64,000 nt of DNA from Heterodontus francisci (lineage: Eukaryota), in NCBI RefSeq assembly GCF_036365525.1, contig NC_090399.1, positions 31,342,430 through 31,406,429 on the forward strand, written 5' to 3'. Below are positions 11,935 through 23,850 of this stretch, one piece after another. Position numbers and translations under genes: made by a program. Numbering within the stretch: position 1 is the stretch's first letter; each line of letters starts with the position of its first letter. The notes under the pieces are model-generated. The model was not told the DNA's origin. It made no database searches and saw only the letters and a program-made list of their open reading frames with translations.

Positions 11935-13150
11935 ATTCACTCGCGCACACACACACACACATACAATGTCGCAGATATTCACTCAAATGCCACACACGCA
12001 CTGTGACAGAGATATTCATTCAGATAGACAAACACTGTGACAGAGATATTGACTCAGATAGACACACACTGTGACAGAAATATTCACACAGATAGACACA
12101 CACTGTGGGAGAGATTCACACAGAATGACACACACATACTGTGACAGAGATATTTACTCAGATAGACACACACTGTGACAGAAATATTCACACAGATAGA
12201 CACACACTGTGGGAGAGATTCACACAGAATGACACACACATACTGTGACAGAGATATTTACTCAGATAGGCAAACACAGACTGTGGGAGAGATATTCACA
12301 CAGATAGACACACATTGTGACAGAGATACTCACTGAGATAGACACACACACTGTGGCAGAATTTCACTCAGATAGACACACACTGTGTCAGAGATAGTCA
12401 CACAGATAGACACATTCACACTGTGAGTGAGATATTCACACAGATAGACACACACACTGACAGAGATACGCACTGAGATGGGCACACATACACTGAGCCA
12501 GAGATATACACACAGACAGACACACACAGACAGTGTGGCAGAGATATACACACATATGGACGTGCACATACTGTGGCAGAGATATTCACACAGATGGACA
12601 CACACACACACTGTGCCAGAGATATTCACACAGGGAAGACACACACAAACTGTGGCAGAATGTTCACTCAGATGGACACACACGGTGACAGAGATATTTA
12701 CACAGATAACACGCTCCCACTGTGACAGAGATATTCAGAGAGATAGTCACACACACTGTGACAGAGATATTCCCATATAGACAAACATACACTGTGACAG
12801 AATATTCACTCAGATAGACACACATACTGTGACAGAGATATTCCCATATAGACAAACATACACTGTGACAGAATATTCACTCAGATAGACACACACACGG
12901 TGACAGAGATATTCACTCAGATGGACACACACACGAAGGGAGAGATATTCATTCAGATAGACACATTCACACTGTGCCAGAGATATTCACACAGATAGAC
13001 ACACACACACACTATAACAGAGATATTCACACTGATAGACACACGCATACCATGGCAGAGATATTCACGCAGATAGACAACTCATACTGTGCCAGAGATA
13101 TTCACACAGATAGAAACACACGCACACTGTGGCAGAGATATTCACTCAGA
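11935..13150. repeat. Minisatellite, ~32-38 bp unit (cactgtgacagagatattcacacagatagacaca)
   Basis: Roughly 35 degenerate tandem units. Source of the Cys/Val-rich spurious ORFs. Confidence 0.95.
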
Positions 13151-13299
13151 TATAAATGTATGAATATAGAAAAATTCATATTGGCACAAATAAATATTGT
13201 TATACTGATAAAAGGGAAATTCATACACACGGATACACAGCCAAGCACTCAGAGATATGCAAAAACACATTCATAGACAAATGTAACACCTATATTCAT

Positions 13300-13835
13300 G
13301 AAGGAGATAGAAAACAGGAAATTATAGGCCAGTTAGTCTAACATCTACGATAGCGTAATTGTTACAATCCATTATGAAGGAGGTAATAGCAGGACATTTA
13401 GAAAATCATTATACAATCAGGCCGAGTCAATACGGTTTTGTGAAAGGGAAATTAAGTTGACCAACACATACAACAATTTTTCATTCGTATCTGGTGCAAA
13501 AATTGAACTGGAAAGGTGGCTCAACCGTGGCTTACAAAAGAAATTAGGGATAGTATTAGATCCAAAGAAGAGGCATATAAAATTGCCAGAAAAAGCAGCA
13601 AGTCTGAGGATTGGGAGCAATTTAGAACTCAGCAAAGGAGGACAAAGCGGATGATTAAGCGTGTGAACATAGAATATGAGAGTAAACTTGCAGGGAACAT
13701 AAAAACTGACTGTAAAAGCTTCTATAAATCTGTGAAGAAAAAAGATTACTGAAGACAAATATACGTCCCTTACAGTCAGAAACGGGGGAAATTATAATAG
13801 GGAAAAAATAAATGGCAGAACAATTCAACACATAC
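13300..13835 (+). mobile_element. CR1 ORF2 internal fragments (copy 2 ~55096..55632)
   Basis: AQPWLTKEIRDSIRSKEEAY...NIKTDCKSFYK. Confidence 0.85.
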
Positions 13836-13841
13836 TTTAAT

Positions 13842-14150
13842 TAAAGCAAAATACTGCGGATGCTGAAAATCTGAAATAAAAACAAGAAATGCTGGAAATA
13901 CTCAGCAGGTCTGGCAGCATCTGTGGACAGAGAAGCAGAGTTAACGTTTCGGATCAGTGACCCTTCTTCCGAACTCGAAGAAGCAGTTGCAGATGGTTGC
14001 ATAGTGGCAATGTCACTGCACTAGTAATCCAGAGGCCCAGGCCAATGCCCTGAGGACATGGGTTCAAATCTCACCATGGCAGCTGATGGAATTTAAATTT
14101 AATTAATAAGTTAAATTAATTAATTAAAAACCATCGGGAATTTAAAGCTA
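13842..14150 (+). mobile_element. Short interspersed repeat (aaaatactgcggatgctg...cagcatctgtgg) followed by a Deu/SacSINE-like SINE head
   Basis: The first motif recurs at ~17435 (-), 23222 and 26240. The second part has tRNA-like boxes (tagtggcaatgtc, gggttcaaatc). Confidence 0.6.
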
Positions 14151-14302
14151 GTTCTACAATACTGAGAAGTGTACAGGGAGTAGAGGGACATTGGAGTGAA
14201 TGTCCACAGATCCCTGAAGGTAGCAGCACAGGTCGATAAGGTGGTTAAGAAGGTATATGGAATCCTTTCTTTTATTAGAATATAAAAAGAGGAAGGTTAT
14301 GC

Positions 14303-16870
14303 CGAGGTTAGAAACAGGAGAGGAGAGGTCACCCTGTTGGGAGTTTTCTATAGACCTCCGAATAGTTCCAGAGATGTAGAGGAAAGGATAGCGAAGATGA
14401 TTCTCGACAGGAGCGAGAGTAACAGGGTAGTGGTTATGGGGGACTTTAACTTTCCAAATATTGACTGGAAATACTATAGTTCGAGTACTTTAGATGGGTC
14501 TGTTTTTGTCCAGTGTGTGCAGGAGGGTTTTCGGACACAGTATGTGGACAGGCCAACCAGGGGCGATGCCACATTGGATTTGGTACTGGGTAATGAACCC
14601 GGCCAGGTGTTCGATTTAGATGTTGGTGAGCACTTTGGCGATAGTGATCACAATTCGGTTAGGTTTACCTTAGCGATGGGCAGGGACAGGTATATACCAC
14701 AGGGCAAGAATTATAGCTGGGGGAAAGGAAATTATGACGCGATTAGGCAAGATTTAGGATGTGTAGGATGGGGAAGGAAACTGCAGGGGATGGGCACAAA
14801 CGAAATGTGGAGCTTATTCAAGGAGCAGCTAATGCGTGTCCTTGATAAGTATGTACCTGTCAGGCAGGGAGGAAGTTGTCGAGCAAGGGAGCCGTGGTTT
14901 ACTCAAGAAGTTGAAGCGCTTGTCAAGAGGAAGAGGGCGGCTTATGTTAGGATGAGACGTGAAGGCTCAGTTAGGGCGCTTGAGAGTTACAAGCTAGCCA
15001 GGAAGGATCTAAAGGGAGGGCTAAGAAGAGCAAGGAGAGGACACGAGAAGTCATTGGCGGATAGGATCAAAGAAAACCCTAAGGCTTTCTATAGGTATAT
15101 CAGGAATAAACAAATGATAAGAGTTAGAACAGGGCCAATCAAGGATAGTAGTGGGAAGTTGTGTGCGGAATCAGAGGAGATAGGGGAAGCGTTAAATGAA
15201 TATTTTTCGTCAGTATTTACAGTAGAGAAAGAAAATGTTGCCGAGGAGATTACTGAGATACAGCCTACTAGGCTAGATGGGATTGAGATTCACAAGGAGG
15301 AGGTGTTAGCAATTTTGGAAAGAGTGAAAATAGATAAGTCCCCTGGGCCAGATGGGATTTATCCTAGGATTCTCTGGGAAGCCAGGGAGGAGATTGCAGA
15401 GCCGTTGTTGTTGATCTTCAAGTCGTCATTGTCGACAGGAGTAGTGCCGGAGGACTGGAGGATAGCAAATGTTGTCCCCTTGTTCAAGAAGGGGAGTAGA
15501 GACAGCCCTGGTAATTATAGACCTGTGAGCCTTACTTCGGTTGTGGGTAAAATGTTGGAAAAGGTTATAAGAGACAGGATTTATAATCATCTTGAAAAGA
15601 ATAAGTTCATTTGCGATAGTCAGCACGGTTTTGTGAAAGGTAGGTCGTGCCTCACAAACCTTATTGAGTTTTTCGAGAAGGTGACCAAACAGGTGGATGA
15701 GGGTAAAGCCGTGGATGTGGTGTATATGGATTTCAGTAAGGCGTTTGATAAGGTTCCCCACGGTAGGCTATTGCAGAAAATACGCAAGTATGGGGTTGAA
15801 GGTGATTTAGAGCTTTGGATCAGAAATTGGCTAGCTGAAAGAAGACAGAGGGTGGTGGTTGATGGCAAATGTTCATCCTGGAGTTTAGTTACTAGTGGTG
15901 TACCGCAAGGTTCTGTTTTGGGGCCACTGCTGTTTGTCATTTTTATAAACGACCTGGATGAGGGTGTAGAAGGGTGGGTGAGTAAATTTGCGGATGACAC
16001 GAAGGTCGGTGGAGTTGTGGATAGTGTCGAAGGGTGTTGTAGGGTACAGAGGGACATAGATAGGCTGCAGAGCTGGGCTGAGAGATGGCAAATGGAGTTT
16101 AATGCGGAGAAGTGTGAGGTGATTCACTTTGGAAGGAGTAACAGCAATGCAGAGTACTGGGCTAATGGGAAGATTCTTGGTAGTGTAGATGAGCAGAGAG
16201 ATCTTGGTATCCAGGTACATAAATCCCTGAAAGTTGCTACCCAGGTTAATAGGGCTGTTAAGAAGGCATATGGTGTGTTAGCCTTTATTAGTAGGGGGAT
16301 CGAGTTTCAGAGCCACGGGGTCATGATGCAGCTGTACAAAACTCTGGTGAGGCCGCACCTGGAGTATTGCGTGCAGTTCTGGTCACCGCATTATAGGAAG
16401 GATGTCGAAGCTTTGGAAAGGGTGCAGAGGAGATTTACTAGGATGTTGCCTGGTATGGAAGGAAGGTCTTACGAGGAAAGGCTGAGGGACTTGGGGTTGT
16501 TTTCGTTAGAGAGAAGGAGGAGGAGAGGTGACTTAATAGAGACATACAAGATAATCAGAGGGTTAGATAGGGTGGATAGTGAGAGTCTTTTTCCTCGGAT
16601 GAGGATGGCAAACACGAGGGGACATAGCTTTAAGTTGAGGGGTGAAAGATATAGGACAGATGTCAGAGGTAGTTTCTTTACGCAGAGAGTAGTAGGGGCG
16701 TGGAACGCCCTGCCTGCAACAGTAGTAGACTCGCCAACTTTAAGGGCATTTAAGTGGTCATTGGATAGACATATGGATGTAAATGGAATAGTGTAGGTCA
16801 GATGATCGGCGCAACATCGAGGGCCGAAGGGCCTGTACTGCGCTGTAATATTCTAATAATTCTAATTCTA
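14303..16870 (+). mobile_element. Young 5'-truncated CR1 (HER1-like) LINE, copy 1 only
   Basis: Absent from copy 2 (empty site ggttatgc-tgt-ataactgg at 56091-56109). Ends in the CR1 3'UTR and a (ttctaa)n tail. Confidence 0.95.
14337..16796 (+). CDS. CR1 ORF2 fragment: C-terminal half of the AP endonuclease plus complete reverse transcriptase (N-terminus truncated, no true start)
   Basis: 819 uninterrupted codons. APE motifs MGDFN, LDLVL, SDH. RT motifs KSPGPDG, NYRPVSL, QHGF, DFSKAFDKVPH, GVPQGSVLGP, FADD. CR1 C-terminus LERRRRRGDLI...TRGH. Confidence 0.95.
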   Translation: MGVFYRPPNSSRDVEERIAKMILDRSESNRVVVMGDFNFPNIDWKYYSSSTLDGSVFVQCVQEGFRTQYVDRPTRGDATLDLVLGNEPGQVFDLDVGEHFGDSDHNSVRFTLAMGRDRYIPQGKNYSWGKGNYDAIRQDLGCVGWGRKLQGMGTNEMWSLFKEQLMRVLDKYVPVRQGGSCRAREPWFTQEVEALVKRKRAAYVRMRREGSVRALESYKLARKDLKGGLRRARRGHEKSLADRIKENPKAFYRYIRNKQMIRVRTGPIKDSSGKLCAESEEIGEALNEYFSSVFTVEKENVAEEITEIQPTRLDGIEIHKEEVLAILERVKIDKSPGPDGIYPRILWEAREEIAEPLLLIFKSSLSTGVVPEDWRIANVVPLFKKGSRDSPGNYRPVSLTSVVGKMLEKVIRDRIYNHLEKNKFICDSQHGFVKGRSCLTNLIEFFEKVTKQVDEGKAVDVVYMDFSKAFDKVPHGRLLQKIRKYGVEGDLELWIRNWLAERRQRVVVDGKCSSWSLVTSGVPQGSVLGPLLFVIFINDLDEGVEGWVSKFADDTKVGGVVDSVEGCCRVQRDIDRLQSWAERWQMEFNAEKCEVIHFGRSNSNAEYWANGKILGSVDEQRDLGIQVHKSLKVATQVNRAVKKAYGVLAFISRGIEFQSHGVMMQLYKTLVRPHLEYCVQFWSPHYRKDVEALERVQRRFTRMLPGMEGRSYEERLRDLGLFSLERRRRRGDLIETYKIIRGLDRVDSESLFPRMRMANTRGHSFKLRGERYRTDVRGSFFTQRVVGAWNALPATVVDSPTLRAFKWSLDRHMDVNGIV

Positions 16871-17400
16871 ATAACTGGTTAGATCACAACTTGCGTACTG
16901 TGTGCAATTTTGGTCACCTCATTACAGAAAGGATGTAAATGCGCCAGAGAGGGTACAGAGGAGGTTTACAAGGATGTTGACAGGACTGAAAAATGCAGCT
17001 ATGAGGAAAGATTGGATAGACTGAGGTTGTTCTCCTTGGAACAGGGAAATTTTATTGAATTGTACAAAATTTTGAAGGACATGGATAGAGTGGAGGTGAA
17101 GGGTCTATTCACCTTAGCATAGAGATCAGTGACAAGGGGGTGCATTGATTTAAAGTGATTGATGGAAAGGTTAGAAGGGAGATGAGGATTCATTTCACCC
17201 AGAGGGTGGTGGGGGTCTGGAACTCACTGCCTGAAAGGATAGTTGAGGCAGAAACCCCCGCTTCATTGTAAAGAAGTCTGGATATGCACCTCAAGTGCCA
17301 TAATTTGCAGGGCTACGGATTAGAATGGGTGGATCGTTTTCCGTCCCACACAGACATGATGGGCCATGTGGCCTCTTTCTGTGCCTTAAGATTACTATGA
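16871..17400 (+). mobile_element. Old CR1 3' fragment, host of the young CR1; continuous in copy 2 at ~55960..56630
   Basis: SYEERLDRLRLFSLE...; the 5' part lies at 14165..14302. Confidence 0.85.
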
Positions 17401-17828
17401 TTGGAATTATCCCATCCCAATGCTGTAGGCCTAAAACGTTTACTCTGTTTCTCTCTCCACAGATGCTGTCTGGCCTGCCGAGTATTTCCAGCACTTTCTG
17501 TTTTTGTTTCAGATTTCTAGCACTTGCAGTATTTTCTTTAATATTAACATGAAGAGATTCTTTTTAACCCAGTGAGTTGCGGTGATCTGGAATAGATTGT
17601 TAGAAAGGGTGGTGGAAGCAGGCTTAATGGTAACTTTCAAAGTGATTGGATAAATACCTGAAAAGGGAAAATTTGAAAGTTTCTGGGGAAATAGCAGATA
17701 CGTGGAACTAATTGGAATGTTTTTACAAAGATCCGACAAAGACATGATGGGTTGAATGGCCTCCTTTTGTGCTACATGTTTTAAAATAACCTACTTTAAA
17801 CAGATGTATGAACAACCTGTTAAAATAC

Positions 17829-17852
17829 CGTGCGAAGTCATTTCATCATCAC
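17829..17852 (-). other. Candidate 24-nt micro-exon, phase 1-1, (G)DDEMTSH; copy 2 at 57060..57083
   Basis: Strong acceptor tttatttttctctcttcag and donor CG|GTATTT in a short unique island between repeats. Confidence 0.3.
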
Positions 17853-18325
17853 CTGAAGAGAGAAAAATAAATTGCAGGAGTGCAGGGAAAAGGCAGGGAG
17901 GTGGTGCGAGGTGAGTTGCTCTTGCAGAGAGCCGGCGCGGACATGACGGGCCGAAAGGCCTCCTCCTGCGCGCGAACCACTCGATGATTCTATAGCATTG
18001 GGAAGGGATAAATTCAAAGCTCAACTCTTTAAAATAATGGCAACATTATTGAAATGAAAATAGAAATTTCTGCAAATGCATAGCAGGTTTTTCAAGTGGA
18101 AAATCTAACCAGACTTTTTTCTATTTCAAATTAGCACCATTCAATGTTTTTTTCCTTCTTTGCATCTCCTGATAATCTGCATCAATTATTAAAGGATAAA
18201 CGTTTCAGTGCCACCATGTGAAACACAAACGTGCGAACACGTCCCCCGTTTATTGTTAACAGAATATTATACAATGCAGCCAGTTGACTCACCCAACACC
18301 GCTCCCACGCCGTACCACCGCCCAC

Positions 18326-19460
18326 CCAGATGGAGATGCTGAGTGAGGCGACTGAGTGCAGTGAGACACGGACACCAGTAGATGGAGATAGAGAGTGGGG
18401 TGACTGAGTGCAGTGATACAGAGACACCAGCAGATGGAGATGGTAAACGGGGTGACTGGGTGCAGTGATACAGGGCCACCAGCAGATGGAGATGGCGAGA
18501 GGTGGGGTATCTCAAGACAGTGAGACAGGGACAACAGCAGATTGAGATGGTGAGCTGAGTGACTGAATGCAGTGCGACAGGATACCAGCAGATGGAGATG
18601 GTGAGAAGCGTAACTCAGTGCAATGAGACAGGGACACCAGCAAATGGAGATGGTGAGAGGGGGTAACTGTGTGCATTGAGACAGGGACACCAGAAAATGG
18701 AGATGGTGAGAGGGGGTAACCGAGTACAGCGAGACAGGGACATCAGCAGATGATGATGGAAAGAGGAAGTGACTGCAGTGAGACACGGACACCAGCAAAT
18801 AGAGATGGTGAGATGGGGTGACTGAGTGCAATGAGGGCGGCACAGTGGCGCAGTGGTTAGCACCGCAGCCTCACAGCTCCAGGGACCCGGGTTCGATTCT
18901 GGGTACTGCCTGTGTGGAGTTTGCAAGTTCTTCCTGTGTCTGCGTGGGTTTCCTCTGGGTGCTCCGGTTTCCTCCCACATGCCAAAGACTTGCAGGTTGA
19001 TAGGTTAATTGGCCATTATAAATTGCCCCTAGTATAGGTAGGTGGTAGGGAAATATATAGGGACAGGTGGGGATGTGATAGGAATATGGGATTAGTGTAG
19101 GATTAGTATAAATGGGTGGTTGATGGTCGGCACAGACTCGGTGGGCCGAAGGGCCTGTTTCAGTGCTGTATCTCTAAACTAAACTAAACTAAAGAGACAG
19201 GGACACCATCTGATGGAGCTAGACAACGGGGTGACTGAGTGCAGGGAGACAGAGACACCAGCAGATGGAGATGGTGAGAGGGGTAACTGTGTGTATTGAG
19301 ACAGGGACACCAGAAAATGGAGATGGTGAGAGGGTACCTGAGTACAGTGAGACAGGGACACCAGCAGATGGCGATGGTGAGAGGGGATAAATGAGGCTGT
19401 GCAGCCCTGCAAGGTGTACGAGATGCAGAAAAAGAGGGGGTGATTGAGTGCAGTGAGAAA
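18326..19460. repeat. Minisatellite, ~50-55 bp unit (gtgactgagtgcagtgagacagggacaccagcagatggagatggtgagaggg)
   Basis: About 14-15 degenerate units, split by the HE1 SINE. Confidence 0.93.
18835..19193 (+). mobile_element. tRNA-derived SINE, HE1 family, full length, inserted in a minisatellite
   Basis: A box TGGCGCAGTGG, B box GGTTCGATTC, CR1-like 3' end ggccgaagggcctgttt and (ctaaa)n tail. Confidence 0.9.
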
Positions 19461-19869
19461 CGATAATTTGGGACAAAATTAACCGTCGCTTGGACAAATG
19501 TGAATTAACTAAGGAAAGCCAGCATGGATTTTTAAGGGTATCTCTTATTCTTAGGCAGTCCCTCGGCAACGAGGATGACTTTCTTCCACTCGAGGGTTGT
19601 GGATCCTTAGGTGACTGAATGGACCAATTCTGGATCCACACACTCTGCCACTGGTGGGGCAGGTGGTGTTTGGTGAGGCGAGTAAATAGGGTGCCCGAAT
19701 TTCGGAACGCTTCTTCGGTTGTTTGCACCTGATCGCTGCCTGGGCATGTCGACATTGTTTGAACTGGCTGGCACATTCACGGATGCTTATTCTCTATTTT
19801 GGGCTGTCTTGGACAAGAGATTCCCATGAATCACTGGAGATGTCCTAATTTTTTCAGCAAGGCATTAAG

Positions 19870-20395
19870 GACATCCTCGAAAGATATAAATCATGTTTAA
19901 TTAACCTGCTTGTGTTTCTGATGAGGTAACAGAAAGGATTGATTCGGGTCATGCAGTTGATGTGGTGTACATGGATTTCCAAAAGGCATTTGATAAAGTG
20001 CCACATAACAGACTTGTCAGCAAAGTATAAGCCCATGCAATAAAAGAGACAGTGGCGGCATGGATATGAAATTGGCTGAGTGAAACAGACAGTAGTGGTG
20101 AATAGTTGTTTTACGGATTGGATGAAGATTATATAGTGATGTTCACTGAGGTTCGATGTTAGGAGTATTGTTGGTTTTCTTGATATTTTTAATGACCCAG
20201 ACTTTGGCGTACATGACACAGTTTCAAAATTTTCAGGTGGCATAAATCTTGTAAGTGTTGTAAACTGTTAGGAGAATAGTGATAGACTTCAAGAGGACAT
20301 AGAGAGGTTGGTGGAATGGGCAGACAAGTGGCAGATGAAATTTAATGCAGAGAAGTGTCAAGTGGTTCATTTTCGTAGCAAGAACGAGGAGAGGT
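19870..20395 (+). mobile_element. Decayed CR1 RT fragment (copy 2 ~59100..59625)
   Basis: VDVVYMDFQKAFDKVPH...WQMKFNAEKC. Confidence 0.85.
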
Positions 20396-20489
20396 TCTCC
20401 CACTATAGTATATCGAGGGGCTGGAAATTGTGTAAAACCCCTCGGGCTGCATGCACCTGAGAATGTTTATGGTATGTAATGTAAATGTA

Positions 20490-21320
20490 CATGTACTGGA
20501 AGTGGTTAGCAAATTCTGCTACCATGGGTCAACGGTGACAGACAATCTGTCCCTTGATGCAGAGCTTGATACACGGATACGGAAAGCAGCCACCATCTTT
20601 GGCCAACTTGTGAAACGTGCATGGGATAACACCAAGCTGACCCTTAAAACCAAACTGGTAGTTTATAAGGCCTGTGTTCTCAGTACTTCGCTGTATGTCT
20701 GAGAAACATGGGTGACTTACATTTACCAGGAAAAGAAACCCAATGATTTCCATCTTTCCTGTCTGCAATGCATTATGGGTATATCCTGGCAGGACAAAAT
20801 CATAAATGTGGCAGTCCGCTCAAAGCAGAGCTCCCAAGTGTGTTGGTACCAATCAAACAGAGGTGGTTTCAATGGATTGGACATGTCCACAAGGTCGAAG
20901 ATGGTTGCATTCCCAAAGACTTTCTGTATGGTGAGGTATCTGGGGCCAGACGACCAGTGGGACGCACAACGTTCTGCTTCAAGGATGCTTCAAACGTGAC
21001 ATGAAGGCCCTAAATGTCGACTGTCGCACCTGGAAGTCACTAGCTGGTGAAAAAGGGAAATGGCAACACATCCTGCGGGCTGCAGTGCGCTACCATGATG
21101 ATCCGTTGCTACAGCAGTTTGGCAACAGGGGCCAACAACAAAAACAATAACTCATGGTGTTACTTGGCAGTTTCACGTGCAACACTTGTGGCAGAACCTG
21201 CCTCTCCAGGATTGGCATTCACAACAATCAGCAAAGATTCACCAGGAGAAGACACCTCACCTAAATGGATCGTTTGCTGTGTGTCCATCATCTTTCATAG
21301 ATGGACAGATGCCAACAATT
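20490..21320 (+). mobile_element. RTE-clade LINE 3' fragment (copy 2 ~59720..60550)
   Basis: LSLDAELDTRIRKAATIFGQL, KLVVYKACVLS, WIGHV..., LYGEVSGARRPVGR, and a terminal C2H2-like remnant. Confidence 0.82.
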
Positions 21321-21772
21321 GTAAATATAAACTGAAATGGCAAATGTATGAAGACACCTCATGCACCATTGAAAGAAACTAATCTCTTTGCACTTAATGT
21401 AATATCAAATTTGAATTATATAACGTATTTTTAATAAATTTTGTGAATTTTGTTTTTGGAAAAAAAAGTTTGCAGACTCCTTGAGCATCTGACATATTTG
21501 ATTGTCTCAGAATCTGATCCCTAGTTGGCCTGTCCACTGCTATGTTAATCCCAGGACAGGAATGCTTTCAGCCATTTCTTGGTCAATTTTAAATCTTTAC
21601 CTCTTGCTCTTTTTGGGAATGTCACTGCAGTTTGAAGACATCAAAGACTGATCCAACACACACCCCCAAAACACTCACACTAAACAGCCAACACGGATCT
21701 CGCCAGAGAATGGGGATTGTACTGAGGTTCTGTTTGTGCATTTTTACTGATGTTAGTATGAATTGTACAGTT

Positions 21773-21775
21773 GTG

Positions 21776-21806
<31 letters not shown>
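21773..21806. repeat. (GT)n microsatellite; longer and pure in copy 2 (~61003..61057)
   Basis: Direct inspection. Confidence 0.95.
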
Positions 21807-21989
21807 ATATCTGAGTGTCACTGGTGCAATAACGTAACCCCAGAGTCCCCTCACACCCTGTCTCCCCTTTGACCTGCTTCTAAAGTGACTTAGGGTCTCC
21901 TGCACTTCCCGGTGAAGACATTTATTGAACGAGATAAGCATAACCTCATTTTGTCCCCTGCTCCATTTTAAACATAGAGAAGGATGACA

Positions 21990-22800
21990 AGTCCTCTCTC
22001 TTCAGATGTTGTCCTTGTCTTCTGTAAATCTGTAGTCATCACCCCTCTCAAAAAACACCTTTGATTCCACCGACATTTCAAATTACCATTCCATCTCCAA
22101 CCTCCCTTTCCCCTGCAAAGCTCTTGAACATGTTGTTGCCTCCAAAATCCGTGTCCATCATACGTGTAATTTTATGTTGAATTCCTCCAAATTTCCACCT
22201 CTACCCCAAAGTCACAAATGACATATTATATGACTGTGACAAAGGTAAACTTTCCCTCCTCGTCCTTCTCGACCTGTCTGCAGCCTTTGACACGGTTGAC
22301 CACACCATCCTCCTCCAACGCCTCTGCACTGTCGTCCAGCTGGCTGGGACTGCTCTCACCTGGTTTCATGCTTATCTATCTAAGCGTAGTCAGAGAATCA
22401 CTTGCCATGGCTTCTCTTCCTGCTCCCACAACGTTACCTCTGGTGTCCCCCAATGATCTATCCTTACCCCCCTCCTACTTCTTATCTACAGGCTGCCTCT
22501 CAGCCACATCATCTGTAAACAGCCTGTTAATTTTCACATGTACACTGACAACATCCAGCTCTACCTCACCACCACCTATCTCGACTCCTCCACTGTTGAT
22601 AAGTTATTAAACTGCTTATCTGACATCCAGCACTGGGAGGGCACAAATTTCCTCCATTTAAATATTGGGAACACTGAAGCCATTGTTTTCGGTCCCTGCT
22701 CCAAACTCCATCTTTCTCCCTCTAAAGTGTCTGAAACGCAACCTTGGTGTCACATTTGTTGCTGAGATGAGCTTCCGACCATATATTTGTGCCATCAATT
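21990..22800 (+). mobile_element. L2-clade RT fragment (copy 2 ~61240..62045)
   Basis: LLVLLDLSAAFDTVDHTILL and FHMYTDNIQLY in shifting frames. Confidence 0.85.
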
Positions 22801-23069
22801 ACATCAAGGATTTTCCCACATCCACAACATCGCCCAGACAACAGAAAAGGGAGCCATGGGAATGGAGAAAGAGGTAGAGAGCTAGTCTTACAGAAATGTC
22901 TCTTGATTTCTGTCTCCCCCCTCTCATTTCCACATTTCTCTCTTTATCACCATTTTTCCCCAGGGTGGAGTGGATTTTGGGATTGAGACTGGGATCTACG
23001 TCGCCAGATACATCCTGAGTGCGCTGATTGCAAACTCCATCACGTAACCAAAGTCCTATACATATGCAG

Positions 23070-23850
23070 CAAGACTTCCTTACGCATGTTCCAATCCCCT
23101 TGCTATATAAGCCAACATACCATTTGCCTTCCTAATTGCTGGCTGCCCCGACATGTTAAGTTTTGGTGATTTGTGTACAAGGACACCCAAATCCCTTTGA
23201 ACACCAACATTTAATATAAAAGAAAAATACTGCTGATGCTGGAAATCTGAAATAAAAACAGAAAATAGTGGAGAGACTCAACAGATAAGGCAGCAACTGT
23301 CGACAGTTAACGTTTTAAGTCTGTTACCTTTCATCAGAACCAAGTTTCCGTTTCTCTCTCCACAGATGTGCCTGACCTATGAAGTATCAACATTTAATAG
23401 TTTCACACTACTTAAAAATATTCTTTTTTTTTTCATTCTTCCTGTCAAAGTGAGTAACCTCTCATTTATACACGCTAAGTTCCCAGCTATCACTTTCTTT
23501 CCCATTCACTTAAACCGTCCATATCCCTTTCCAGCCTTTCTGTGTCCTCCTCACTTTTCCCACCTAACTTTGTATCATCCCCAAACTTGGATACATGACA
23601 CTCAATCCTTCATCTGAGTCATTGATATAGATTGTAAATAGTTGCAGCTTTAATACTGATCCATGTAGCAGCAACTAGGACCAGCCTGCCAACTTGAAAA
23701 TGATTCATGTATTCATACTCTCTATTGTCTATCCTTTCGCCAATGTTCCATTCAAGCTAATATATTAGCTCTGAGCCCAGGAGCCATTATCTTCTTCCAT
23801 AATATTTCATGAGGCACCTTATTGAATCCCATTCAAAAATCCAAATATCC
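23070..23850 (-). mobile_element. CR1 RT fragment (copy 2 ~62310..63090)
   Basis: Reverse-complement remnants of the DF..AF.KVPH and KANGMLA motifs. Confidence 0.7.

Noticed and set aside
12330-13276. Cys/Val-rich and Thr/His-rich ORFs (also 18289..18843 and the copy-2 equivalents)
   Set aside because: Translations of minisatellites.
15426-16220. Minus-strand ORFs inside the CR1
   Set aside because: Antisense shadows of ORF2.
18835-18910. tRNA gene
   Set aside because: The A/B boxes continue into the HE1 SINE body and tail, so this is a SINE head.
11935-19460. CRISPR-like repeat-spacer arrays
   Set aside because: Eukaryotic context, whole units are degenerate copies with no unique spacers, and no cas genes.
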